The translations under genes and the position numbers were made by a program. The notes below the pieces were generated by a model that did not search any database, was not told the origin of the DNA, and worked only from the letters and a program-made list of their open reading frames with translations. DNA of 55,357 bases, filler included, from Sluysia triapertura (taxonomy: Eukaryota): NCBI GenBank assembly GCA_046118255.1. It is 4 parts of 4 records of this genome, joined end to end, with 100 filler letters (N's around TTAATTAATTAA, not from the genome) between each part and the next. Parts side by side here need not be neighbours in the genome. Positions count along the whole stretch, not along the records: positions 1 to 13,069 come from JBJNIA010062200.1; positions 13,170 to 29,027 come from JBJNIA010216696.1; 2 more parts are not named here. The stretch is one strand, 5' to 3'. This document shows, one piece after another, positions 9,691 to 23,184 of this stretch. Within the stretch, counting starts at the first letter, position 1. Each line of letters starts with the position of its first letter.

Positions 9691-12460
9691 AATAATAAAA
9701 TTCATTAAAATGATAATTTTAGTGCTAGTTTAATATTTAAGATTATTATCAATCTTCACCTTAAAATAGAAATTATTGAATCTAATTTCCTGACAAATTA
9801 TTTATTTCAACTTTTAATAAAATTTGCAGTCTTAAAAGGTATTTGTTCCTTTTACAGACTTTAAAGTACAAATTCTTAAAGGTATTAAAATACGAATTAT
9901 AAACGAAACTAGCTTTATGATAATTAATTCAGCACACAGATCATATATTTAATAAGCATCACAATAATGAGAAAATAAAAATAAATTTATCGCTAAAATT
10001 CTATTTGGAATTGATAAATATGTGATAACATTAACAACTAACGATAACAGAAATTTAAAAGTATCGATTTGTGTTTAATATATTTTATTTATTGAAAGGT
10101 TATTTTGCACACTTAATATTAAATATTAAATATATTTTTTAAATATTAAATTTATATAAAAAATAATATAATGAAAACGTATTTAAAAAATTATAATTTT
10201 ATAATTGTATTCAGAAAAAAAATATAAAAATTACAATATTCTAGCACTTTATATGAAATTTTAAATTTTGCAATTAATTTTTATACAAGCAGTTTTTAAA
10301 AAGTAACTAATATGAGGCTACTTTCTTAAGTAATATTAAACTTTTGCAATAATACTTTGTGGTTTTCTTAACACTTGAACAGCGTTCGGTTACATCTTTC
10401 AATTAACAAATATGAATATTTAATTAAATTTATTGAAGAAATGTGTGTCTTAATTAACCCATTAACACAAATAACGCAATTCAAAAATATAAAAATTAAA
10501 TATTCATACTAAACATATTAACTATTTATCTAAATATAAAAATGAATGCCCGTCGAAGTTTTCGGACACTGACGTAATGTACTATTGCATATTAAAAAAA
10601 CAAAATTAAAATTTGAAAATGTGTTCCAAAAAATGGAACATTGAGGATAATTGGATAAGGTAATTTTTTGTAATAGTTAAAATTATAATTTGAGCAAAAT
10701 TATAAAATACTGAACTTAATGAAAATGGATCGAAAAGTGCTTGGAATATTAATTAAAAATTAAAACATTTAAAGAGTTAATTCATTACATAAGGAATAAT
10801 AGATTAATTTATTTTGTGTCGATATTTATTAAAAAATAAATTCTGAAAAAAGCTGAAAATATATTTTCCTGAAATAGAAAATAACACCTTTTTGTTTCTA
10901 GTTATTTGTATATTCTTATAACCAATAATTTACCTTATTATCTTACAGACAATCAGTTTTGCTTCGAATTTTTTAAATTATTTCAGAGACATTCAAGACT
11001 TCCACAACGTAAATGTTTATAGATTACTGTTATGATTTTGAATTCTATTGCTTTTTTGGTAACCAATTAAATTCCTTATGAGATCTCCTTCTTACTTAAA
11101 TAGTAACAATTTTCGTACTTTTATACGTATGCAAGATCGGTCGGTATTTATCGATTGTGAGTTCCTTACAGTCTTAGTCTTACTCATTAAAGGTTAAGTT
11201 GTAAGTAGCAAACAAAAGAAATAGTAAATGGAGGTAAGTAATGATTTTTAAATGATTAACTATTTTTGCAATGTGAAGTCAATATTTTTCCTTGCAAATA
11301 AAAATAATTAATTAGATGAAAACTCACGTCGGAGTTTAGTATCGTATAGAAAAAACGGTGCTTTAAATCGTCTTTCTTTTAATATTTTTAGTGTATTTTA
11401 CGACCGAGTAAAAACGGCGTACCTTATATATAATTTCAAGTACAAATAGGGAAATTTATAATATAATATATTAAATACAAACAACAGATAAGAAACAAAA
11501 TTTAACAAATAATTAATGATAATAATAAATTTACCAGATTATAATATAATCAAAAATTTAGAAATTTCAGTTTAATTTTTCGTCTGCCAAATTAAAAGGG
11601 CGATTAAAAGAAAATTAGCGATTTTAAGTTTGATTTTACGCACAAAATAAGCAGACTTAGTATAAAAACTAACGAATAAATCAAATGCGCATCCGCTATA
11701 ATCGATCGAATTCCAAATAATCCAAATAAGAAATCGAAAAAAAGTTTCTCAGATTGATGTATGAGAAAAGTGTAGACTAATGAAGCTTTAAATAGATTTT
11801 TTAAACCTTGACCATGCTATTTTAAACGAAATACATTATTTTGTAAATTATTTTACATTATTTTATAAATTCAAAATATTAACATTTTATTTAAAATTTT
11901 TATATAAAACATTAAAAATTATTAGTATTAATTTTTTCTATATTAAAGTTTGCATGTATTAGAAAATTTTTAGTATTTATTGATTTTTTTAGTATTTTTA
12001 GATTAGAGAGAAACACACAATTTGATTTAATTTTTAGATATAGGATTAAAACATATACCATTTGATTTTATTTTTAGATATTTAGAATTATTGACACTTA
12101 TAAATGAGTACAATATACAACTGAATCTTAAATAAGTCAGAAAATCTTAGAAAAAGTACATCAGATAAAAGCTGAATTAACAGGTAATTAAAAAAATTAA
12201 AACCATTGAAACACATTGAAATAAAGTTTCAAATAAATACCCAAAATTCAAATTATTTTGACTAAATCATTATTAAAGTTCCGATAACAATCTATTGTAT
12301 AATAATAATAATATTGTTCTATATTGTTTAAAAAGCAATAAATTTCTGGTATTATACTATAACAAGAAGTACGTTGTTATAGTTAAGTGACTTTTAATAC
12401 AAAATTCAATAGTCTTAGTGTTTTATTTCTAAACAAGCTTCCGTTTTACAAATAGTTATG

Positions 12461-12996
12461 TTAAAATACATATAATGAATAAATAAAAGGCAAACGTTTT
12501 TTATGCGAATCACTATTTTGTGAATTATGATTATTAGTTTTAAATCTGATATCAGGAATGCTTGCTGTTTTAGCAGTTGATTTAGTGTTTCGACTAGTAA
12601 TTTTAAAAAAATAATTCTTTTTTCGTTTTTGAATTTGTTTTGTTGGCAATAACGAATCCCATTCTACTGGAACTGTTTGATTTTTGTTAGTAAAGTTTCC
12701 ATTTTCAGTAATTTTATTGTTAATTATTTCATTTTGTTCTTGTTCTTCATCATTATTTGATGATGTAGTAAATTGATTTTCATCTAAATTAAAACACAGG
12801 AATACTTTCTGTACATTCTGTACGTAAAGTAGTGTTTGGAGATTGTGGCAAATTTTCATTAGGTAAACACAGATAACGTTTTGGATTTTTCAAGTGCTTT
12901 TTGAATATATCCACATTTATTCATTCGTTGGCTCTCTAAGGGCTGTCCTCAGGCCTAGAATCTCTGCAAGTGCATCTGTTGCGGCTCTTATGAAAA

Positions 12997-13000
<4 letters not shown>
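12461..13000 (-). pseudogene. Possible SWIB/MDM2-domain gene remnant followed by a low-complexity exon
   Basis: The - strand reads ATDALAEILGLRTALREPTNE*MWIY/KKHLKNPKRYLCLPNENL, resembling the SWIB pattern LAE.LG.....R......W.YIK.H.L.DP. It has one stop and one frameshift. A candidate 22-nt intron is GTATTCCTGTGTTTTAATTTAG. Confidence 0.35.

Positions 13001-13069
<69 letters not shown>
13001..13069. repeat. (AAT)n microsatellite at a contig end
   Basis: Perfect AAT repeats running into the N gap. Confidence 0.95.
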
Positions 13070-13169
13070 NNNNNNNNNNNNNNNNNNNNNNNNNNNNNNN
13101 NNNNNNNNNNNNNTTAATTAATTAANNNNNNNNNNNNNNNNNNNNNNNNNNNNNNNNNNNNNNNNNNNN
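13070..13169. other. Artificial scaffold linker N44-TTAATTAATTAA-N44
   Basis: Identical 100-bp construct at three places. TTAATTAATTAA gives stops in all six frames. Confidence 0.97.
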
Positions 13170-13599
13170 AGGTTACTCAAAGGTCTCAAAAGTTTATTAA
13201 GATCTTAAATATCTTCAAAGATTCCGAAAGATCAACAAGATCATTCTACAAGGACTAAAATGATCCGAAGGTCCCGAAGGTATCTTCATACGTCAAGACA
13301 TTTTTCCAAACCTTACTTATATCTTCACAAGGGTCTCAATACCCTACAAAGGTATTCTTCGGTTTCAAAATGAATATAAACATTTCACTATTCGCTAATT
13401 ACCTTTATATTGTCATATTTCAACTATATTACATCATTTTTCTTATATATTTTAAATTCTGTATACTAACTAGACAATCCGAACAGTTGGCCAAGTTAAT
13501 ATAAATATATTTGAATTTTTAGAAAAAAAACTCAGTATAAGTTTTTGTATATGTTCATTTTAACATAATAATATCAAATTCCGACTTAAAATCTTAAAT

Positions 13600-14039
13600 T
13601 ATTTTTAATACTAGACCTTAAAACGGCTAGCGCAACAACATTTTAAAATATATTGTCACCAACATAGTTAAATGACGCGTTAAAATCATATTATCATTAT
13701 AATAGTCTTTTGTAATAAGTGTTTATTATAAATATTTTTTTGTAATTCACATTAGGTGAGAATTTGTTTTGCTTTGATTAATATGTAAAATAAATTCCTT
13801 TCTCGACACTAGACCTTAATACGACTAGTGAAACTTACAAATTAATTATTTTTGTTGTTCCAGTCCTTAAAAAGGCTAGAGAAATTATTTAAAATCTTTG
13901 AATTGTTTTTTATACTAGACCTTAAAAAGGCTATTGTTATTTATAATTTTTATTTGAACTAGACCTTAAGAAAGCTAGTGTGATATAATTAATTTAAAGT
14001 AATTAATATAAAGATTAAGTTCTAGTATTAAGGAGTTAA
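13600..14039. mobile_element. piggyBac-like MITE with internal palindromic ACTAGACCTTAAAAAGGCTAGT-type repeats
   Basis: The right end TTAAGTTCTAGTATTAAGGAGTTAA (TTAA-terminated) is the inverse of the left TTAATACTAGACCTTAA. Five ~22-bp motif copies sit at 13610, 13808, 13859, 13914 and 13958. Confidence 0.55.
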
Positions 14040-17000
14040 CCTACTCATTTCAAGTTTAGTTAGTCTATGTTAAATCATAACAACATGTCTCCAGAATTGG
14101 TATAAAACATGAATAATAGTCAGACTGACCCTTAGACATTTTGTAGTCATGTTAGTTAATTTTGATAAAACACTTGCATGTTATTCTTTATGAATACATT
14201 CACGTTAAGCTATTAGTAAGTCGAAAACTATAAGCGAACTCTGAATATTAATTTATTTTGCTATTAGGTAAGTTTTAGAATTTAAAAGTCAAAAAAACCC
14301 AGCAAAATATTCCTCTGCTATAGTTTTTTGAATTAAATTATCAAGTTTGTATTTTGTATTAATATAATTTATATTTTCACAAATATTTTAAAGATTTAAT
14401 ACATTTTACAAGGACATTCAATTGTCTTAAATATTTTTAAAATACGAATTTTTAATATACGAATAAACAGTTTAGTTTAAATGACAATCACAAAATAAAG
14501 AGAAAAAACGTAACAACTCTACAATTCTTGGTAATTTCAAGGAAGAAGTTTAAAAATTCACAATTATGAAAGAAAATAAAATAAAACAAAAGTAAAATGT
14601 AAGTAATATTTTATTTCTTTTACAGAAAAGTTAATTTCATTCCATAACATAACTATGGTTATAATATAATCCATTTATATCTGCTTTGTTAATTCCTATT
14701 TATTTGTGTATATCAAGTTTTTTTAGTTTTTATGATGTTTCTTCTCAATCCGTGCATTTTCCTTATAAGTGTAGCATGTTCATTCTTCATGCACATTATT
14801 TTATTTTCATTTTTATTTATTTTAAATATAACAATCATAATATAGCTATACTATAAAGAGAGATGTGTTAGAAGAAAGAATAAAGAAAAAAGATTTTTAA
14901 ATTTATATAATTCTGTTGCATATTATTATTACATACTATTTTTATTTTTATTCTCATTATTATTATTATTATTAATGCTATTGCTATTGTGAAAGATGAC
15001 ATTGCTATGTTATTATTAAGAGACTGTACTTTTATTGCATAATTTAATTTAACAAAGACAACTACACAAAACAATAAAGCATGATTTTATTAACTGCTTT
15101 AAGACGCCGTGTGAAGCTAAACAATTATTGTACAATTATTTTACATATTTAGTAAATCATTTTATGTAAGTGTAAATTTTAAATAGAATTGTTTTTCGTT
15201 CCATACTCATTAATTTTGTTTACTTTAAATATTATAAAGCTTAATTAAAGTTTACAACAACAAAAAAGAAATGGTGCTTTAAATAATTCATTTATCTAAT
15301 ATAAAATGTGTGTAAATTATAATTAATTTAATATAAAAAATGTTATTTAATTTTGGAAAAATTAATTACCAAAGTCTAAAATAATTTGCTTCATTGTGAA
15401 TCTAATTTATATGGTTTAATAAGTTTGCTTTTGCAATAGTTTCTTTATTTGTTACTGTGTACGGAATCGAAACAACTTTAACAACGCTCACTATAATACT
15501 AGACCCACTATTTATTTATATAACCAAATCGGAATTATATCGAACAATAACAATAATTATAAATATAGTAATTATACAATCGGCAGTAAAATATGATTAA
15601 ATGACAAGTTTAAATTAGATTCCTAAATTGTTTGTATTTTACTATTTATATACTGCGTTGTACATTTATAAAAGTCGACTTCCTTTTTAATTTTTTGATT
15701 AATTATTTTTCTTAATAAATTGAATCACTTTTGAAAACATTTGTCAGATCATGTTTAATTATTCTTGCTTTGTAAATTTAGATTTTGAAATCTTTCTTCA
15801 ATGATTTGTTCTGTCAGGTTAACATTGCAACTCTTCAAATCGTTATATTAATAATTTTAGCAATATAATATGAATAATTTTTAAATTTAAATAAAATACA
15901 TTTTAACAAGTAATAATTATTTCTAATTTTAAAATGAAATTTTTAGAAATAATTGTTAAAAGAATATTATTTAATAATTTTTAAAGAGAATGTTTCTTTT
16001 ATACTCAAATGTTATTTGCTAAAAATCAGTTTAAATACTGATTTTTTTGTTCATTCAAATCGTAATTCTATTTTATTTGAAAATTTTTATACGATTTACA
16101 TATCCAATTTGACGTTTAATTAACTTAATTAAGAGAAAATGTTGTTGTGAAAAATCTTTGAATGTTGGATGCTATGTTAGTGTTGAAACTCTGTACATAT
16201 TTGTTTTTAAAAGATCTTTCGATGAAGATATGGTTTCACCGAAGACAAACTTTGAGCAAAGTCAAATTTTAATTAATTCTTAATTATGGAATGGTGAATT
16301 TTTCATAGTTAGAATGATGACAAGGTGATGAATTGAATATGAAATGATTAATGAGAATTTTCTTACTTCTTTATTTATCAAATTAGTTATTCGATGAGGT
16401 TATCCTTTATATTTTCTATTTCAAACGCTCGATCAACTATAAAGTTGTATGTAAATTTAATACTTATTCACTCAATTTTCATATCTTTCAATTGAATCAA
16501 ATGAGAATTCTGTCCTTTTTACAAGAAATTCGGTAAAACCATGTTTAGAAATTAAACAGAATATATATGTTCACAAAAATATAATATAATCATGTCGAAA
16601 TTTATAACTCTAAATAATGATTATGCAATTAAATGTGTTAGTCACTTATGTTGGGATTGGTGAAGGATAAAGGGTTAAGAAACAGGATAACAGAATAAGG
16701 TGAATGTTATTAAAGAATTAATATAAAGAAATATGATGAACTGTAATGGTAAAATATTCGAATTTAAAAATTTATGAGAAATATGATGAAATAACCCTCT
16801 ACAAAGTTTATTTGTTAAAACATTAAAGTACATTTTTTGATTAACTTAAATAAATATGTTTAATTTGATAAATCATTAAAAAGAATGATGAACTGTTTAA
16901 AGCTTGATTATTTATCTTTAAATGAAATAGAAATGAAATGAATAGTAATTGAAAAGAAGAATGTTAGGAAAGACCTATTGGAATTTATTAAAAGTTTGTA

Positions 17001-17119
17001 ATTAAAATAAGATTTGATCCTTGAATATGGTAGTTTGGGATTTTATTTTAGTTTTAAAAGACAATTACAAAATAAATCTCAATATATTATAATGTTATTA
17101 CGAATAAATGTTAACAATG

Positions 17120-17546
17120 AATATGTATATGTGAAGTAGATTTAGGTTGGTGGAGTTGGGTAAAGATTTTAATGTAAAAGGTTTATATTTCTGAGGTGCT
17201 TGTTAAGGTTATTGAATAGTGTTATTGTGTTTATGATTTGTGTATTTTATTGTGATTGTGGTTTGTTTGTTAGAATATCTTATGAGTGAATGTTGTGGAT
17301 TATTCGAGATTGAATGTCGGAGTTTGTTGTGCTATGGATGGTTAAAAGTGTTAGTCGAATTGTTGATGTGTGTGAGTTCATGAGGTGTTATAAATATCGA
17401 GTGTTGTTTTTATGATGTTTGTGTTGGTGTAGTTCGATAGTAAAAAGTGTGATTGTTTTGAAAATTGAATTTTGGTGAAATTTAATTTGTGAATATTAAA
17501 TATGATATTTTGATAAATTTTAAATTATGAGTGTTGGCCACTACAG
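17120..17546 (-). repeat. G-depleted LTR-like tract (minus strand) starting CTGTAGTGGCCAAC
   Basis: C-depleted on the + strand. The start motif is 13/14 identical to 5555-5568, and both are preceded by GAAAAAT. Confidence 0.45.
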
Positions 17547-19550
17547 ATACTATTTTTCGTATCAAGGTTAAATTAATTTTAACAAATCTGCGTATGCACA
17601 TAAATAAAAACTTAGTAATTTAATATTTTGTTACTAATATAATATAAGCCTAATTTTTGAAAAATTAATTTCTCACATTTTTTACTTATTTAATTATGTA
17701 CTTTTCGTTAAAATACTTTCATTTTTAGAAAATAAGTTATTTTATTGAAAAATTAGTAGGGTAAGTTATTTTTTATAATCTTAATAAGGTTGTGATGACA
17801 GCCTAATATCACTATAATTTTTGTTAACTTTGAACACCTTCGTCAACTCGAATTTAGCCTTTACCTTCTGCTTTAAAATTGTTACACCACTCGACTCGAA
17901 AGAAATCATCAATAGAGTAACAATTAGCATTAGTGGAATAAATGCATTACGACCAACTACTCTCGGAAGTTTCAAAAAGATCAAACTATTAACTTAAGTA
18001 CAAAAAAGTGTAAGTCAAAATAAGTATTAGTCAAATAAAATATCTGTCTAGACCAGAATTACCAATTAATCCAATTGTGAAGAATCAGTTATTTTCCAAT
18101 GTACTTAAATTTCTAAAAAAATTTAGACGAATCTTCATAACAAAAACATTTTTGCATGATATCTCTGATCTAATTTTGAAAATTCAGATATTAAACTAAA
18201 AGGAAATAACTTAATAGTTGTTTTAGATGATATTTATAATCCCACAAATTCTATAATTGATCAAAATTAATTCAGAAAAGAATGATTAATTTAGATGATT
18301 ATGATGACAGTGAAGCCAGTGATACAAGAAATCAAAACGTTTTAAAAGATAAATTGTCACATAATACAAAATATAGCGATGAGGGTTCAGATATAAACGA
18401 AAGTGATGTTTCTTCGGATTAAAATTTAACAAAGTTATCTTAAAAACATCTGTACTGTAAAACAAAGCAAATTTGATAATTGTGTGCTGTGATTTTTGCT
18501 GATGCTTAAGCCTAAACCTACGGTAAAATTGAAAATTGAGCAGGGTTCGGTTACAGTAAGCGTCTTACGTCGTAAAGAGAGCACTTCTGTAACAATATAA
18601 GTTAAGATAAATGCAGTAACTTAACTTACAATCTAAATGTATGAGGGTCAATTATACTAGTTTAATGCCCAGTTATTAAATAAAATCGCAAACGTTTATT
18701 TAAAAATTACTAATACAAAAATTTAGGAAATTTAAATTTTAAAATAAACGATGAAAAAGGGTAAAAAAATTTTAATTGATTTGTATTAAAACTCAATTGA
18801 GTATTTATATAGTTAAATATGATTTTGCACTTTATTTTAACCCTCAATATATCTGGGAACCTTAAGCTTTACTAAATAGAATGTGATTTTAAGTATATTT
18901 TATGATATTAGCTTTCTTAAATAAAACTAATATCAAACTTAACATAAACAAATTACTTGTTGTATGGACTGAGATGGTTAAAGAATTTTACAAATAAATA
19001 ATTTTCCAGTGTTTGAGTATCGAATTCCCATAGAGATGTAGAATTTCTGATCACTCTTTGAGGATAAAACTTGTGGTATTGCAAATACAAATGGCGTCGT
19101 TACAAGAATTAATATTAAAATGACTGTTTCACTTGATGTGAATAGATTTTATTGCAAATGGCGATTTTCATTGTATTGAGGCTAGTTTATATACTAGTCA
19201 TCATCCAATGAAAATCGATGGAATGTTCCATAATATTTATAGAAGCTAATTTTCTTTTTTAGAATTTTTATTTTTAAGTAATTTTAACGATTAATAAATG
19301 ATTTTAAAATATTTTCTATGATTTTAAATGATTTTTTGTAATTTTAAATAGTTTTAAATAATTTTAAGGCGTCATTATGACATCTTAAAATTATTTTGTA
19401 GGGTTGTGATGGCAACCTAACACGTGTAACACCAAAAAGACAATAATAATAATAATTATTATTATTTTAAAAATACATAGGATTATCTGGTATTGATTTT
19501 ATGTAATTAATTCTTCAGTATATTTTAACAATTATTTTAACGTAATTTAG

Positions 19551-20233
19551 GTAAATACATATGCTGTGTAATTCAGTATCGTGGAGATGTTACCCCACGA
19601 GAAGTAAACGAATCCGTATTTTTTATTAAAAGGAGAAGTGATGTAAAATTTGTCGATTGGTGCCCTACAGGATTTAAACTTGGTGTTAATATGCAACCTC
19701 CAGCTAGAGTTACAGGCTCAGAAATTGCACCATCGGATAGAAGTGTTACTATGTTAGCTAATAGCACTTGTGTTAAAAGAATTTGGGAAACATTACTAAG
19801 AAAATTTGAAGTTATTTTCTCTAAACGATCTTACATTCACTGGTATATTGCAGAAGGTATGGAAGAAAATGAATTCATTGACGCTCGAAATGAAATATTT
19901 GCAATGATGAGAGATTATCACGATCTGGAAATAGAATCTGGTGAATTAGATGAAAATAATGAAGAAGGTGCAAATATTCCTGAAGCAATTTGTGAAGAAA
20001 TGGAAGATGAAGGCGAATGTGAAGAAGATAATGACGCAAGAATAACTGATATAAGTACAGAAGAAATGGAAGCGGTACCTGATGAATCAGGAGAGCCAGG
20101 ACAAACTGAAACAGAAGAATTAAATGATGGTAAGGAAGGTGAAGGTGAAGGTGAAGGAGAAGGAGAAGGTGAAGCAGCAGGTGAAGAAGAAGCCGATGAA
20201 GGAGAAGAAGAAGGGGAAACAAATGAAACTTAA
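19551..20233 (+). CDS. Terminal exon of a divergent alpha-tubulin with an extended acidic C-terminal tail
   Basis: After acceptor AATTTAG: (G)KYICCVIQYRGDVTPREVN...KFVDWCPTGFKLGVNMQPP...SKRSYIHWYIAEGMEENEFIDAR. This is colinear with alpha-tubulin [20 protein letters not shown]...FVDWCPTGFKVGINYQPP...[22 protein letters not shown]. The frame is open to TAA at 20231-20233, and AATAAA is at 20313. Confidence 0.92.
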
Positions 20234-23184
20234 AGTGACATTTAAATACGCTTTATTTTTATAATTTTGTTAAAAATCATGCCACTTATGTTAGTGGTTT
20301 GTCATTTTAAAGAATAAAATGAATATTTTTTCTTGATGTATATTATATTACATTTACTTACAATAAAAATATTTTAATGATATTATACAAACTTTTAGAA
20401 CTTACTTTGGTGAAATAATACAATTTTTTAATCTATTTTTTGATTTTATAAAGATTTGTTTTACGACACTTAAACAAATCATAATCTAAATTAAATGAAT
20501 TTAAATTTTTATAATTAATTAACTTTTTCATAACAATTAACTAAATGATTAATTTAGAATCATTCGGTGCAATAGTAAGTATTAAATTTTAAATAAGATC
20601 AATATATTCATTTGATTTCTAGCACATTAAGTCATTGGAACTTGATCAAAGTGTTACAAGAAATTGTAAATTAAGATCAAAATATATGCACGAAAAAATT
20701 ATTGAAAATAAAGTAAATTTAATGCGTATAATTTTATTCATACTTCTCATGATCTTTAGAATGTTTTATCCGGAGATTCGGTAAATGTGGTTCTACATAA
20801 TCACGGAATAGATATATTATCTCAAAATAATACCGTATGCTATTTTATTGTTTTAAATTACCACTTATAATTTGTAGTCATTTTGTGGTTAAAATTACTT
20901 AGAGTATTTTTCAGATTTTTTTAGCATTTAGTTTTCAATTTAAATAATTTATAAATTTAAATCGATTAAATTTTTTTTTGCATTTTACTCAAAATTTTTA
21001 GATATTGAAGATTATAAAATCTCAAAATTGAAAATAATTTTAAAATTAATAAAAATTTAATTAGAAATTTAGTATTTATATTTACAAATTAGGTGTAATC
21101 ATTATGACTTTCTGAACCTCTTTTAATTGGTTCAAATTTTGTGATAGAGATTTATATTGGATTTTTTTTGTCTGTATGTCCCAATTTGTCTAATTATGTG
21201 CTTTGTAGCGATAAAAATATACTTAGTTAAATTATACATTTGTAAAATTGAAATTTAACAAAATATTAAAATTAGTATTTAAGTTTTACTTTTGTGACGG
21301 ATATTTTTTTAAAGTTATAGCACAAATATTAGTAAAAATAAAACTTTGATTAATTTATTTGTCATTTTAAATAGTTATAAACGTTAAATTTTTATTTTAA
21401 ACTAATTTTTCTTTCAGTTTATGCCTAGTTATATAAAATATAAAATGCTGAGAAAAGTTAAAGATAAAAAGGATATAAGTATCAAAAAACAATTAATTTG
21501 TAATGCTTGCTAAAACTAAAGTTCTTAATTTCAAAGTAACCTTTTTTCAAAAAAATGATATTACTACTTTTTATTAGCTTAGCAGTCTATATCTAAATTA
21601 AACACATCTCTTAATATTTAAACAATTGCATAATATTTAAAATGTTTAAATTAATAAGGCTATAGATAAAGGTACTAGTTTCAAGTTTCCTAGTATTTCT
21701 GGAACATTAAATTAAATCTATGTTAATTTTGCAATTAAAAATCTAATTGAAAATTCATAATTTCAAATATTAAAAATCGATTAACTTTATAATATGAAAT
21801 TTTCTTAAAATATAATTCATTTTTAAAATGCGTCAAAAAATAAAAATAAAAACCAATGCAGATAAATACTGATTTATTCATTTTAGTAAAAATGCTAAAG
21901 TTTAAAATATTTAAGCATAAAATTAGATATTAAAAACTAAATAGTTTACTTCTGATTAAGCCTTTAATACGTTATGATTTGTCAATTATGATACACTTTA
22001 GAAAAGTATTTTAATTGTTTTTTCGAAAATTAAATAAAATTGAATGCTCCTAATGTTTAAAATGAGACTTTTTAATAAATATTTTTCGGAATTAATTTTT
22101 AAAGTTTAATAAGTTAGTAATTCTATTTTTTTACAAGTCTTTCTGTTAGTTTGTTTAAATAAAAAGTAATTAGATGAAGTAATTCAATGTTTGTTTATGA
22201 GGTTTCAGATACCATTTGACAGATGATTTGCGCTTCCAGAGTATTATTTAGTGCTGGTCTTGAGATTATTTATAAGGGCATAAGACAACCACTATATCCA
22301 TTATAGTGTACCATACAATGTATTGCTGTTTTTGAATTTTCAAATTAAATTGACGAATTTGACATCAAATTTGATTTGGTGGTACTTAGTCAGCTGAATA
22401 TTCTACAAAGTAACGCATTACAAATTTTATGTACAAATAAACGGTCTCATTGAACAATCCTTGTTTATTTTCTAGTGACCGATAGGTAAATTATCAGACA
22501 GCAATTAAGGATATAATATAATACAATTTCACTTAATATAAAATTTGATTTTAAAAGATAGATTGAACTAGTTTGCTCCAAACCAGATGTAAATTAATTA
22601 ATGAGTTTACGTGGATTTTAATCCTTCCATTATATAAATAAATCTTATTCATGTAAAATAAATTATTTGTCGGAGATGAATTTGATTAATTTGGTATGAA
22701 TTCCACCACGCGAATGCAGTTATGTTTATAGCGTAATTATCAATGTAAGTTGGTAAAAGTCCCGTTGCTATTACTTGTTGTGTGAGTTTAATAAAATTTA
22801 TGTTCTATTTATACTCATTTGCGTTACTGTAAAATATTAGTTAAATAATGTAATTAATTGTTAAAATAAATAATAGTCTACGTAAAACAATAAAATATTT
22901 TCTCTAACTGTAACATATCTACTGTTATTTTACAAAATAATAAAGGAATTGTTTTAATTGTTTTTGTAAATATGGTTTATTGTTTTGGTCTGTTTTGTCT
23001 GTCTCGTTACACATCCAATGTTATTCATTTTGAGCTATCAACCCCAACTTAACCATTTGTTTTTAGTAGTTATTTGTTCAGTTAACATTCAGTGCTTAAC
23101 ATCAACGAAAATTGTGTAAACATTTAAATACATTTTTTAAAAAGGGATACAAATTATCTTTTAATAATATTGCTTTATCTATAA

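Noticed and set aside
12894-13121. Poly-Asn ORF
   Set aside because: It is a read-through of the (AAT)n microsatellite into the N gap.
13114-13125. TTAATTAATTAA as a biological motif
   Set aside because: It is embedded symmetrically in Ns three times, so it is an assembly linker.
13610-13979. CRISPR array
   Set aside because: The context is eukaryotic with no cas genes. The repeats are degenerate and irregularly spaced, and the block ends in a TTAA/TIR structure.
15410-15600. GPCR TM7-like peptide LTIILDPLFIYITKSELYR
   Set aside because: A single short motif in AT-rich DNA, with no other helices or convincing splice sites.
19875-20222. Leu/His-rich 115-aa ORF (and 19573-19767) on the - strand
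   Set aside because: These are antisense shadows of the tubulin exon.
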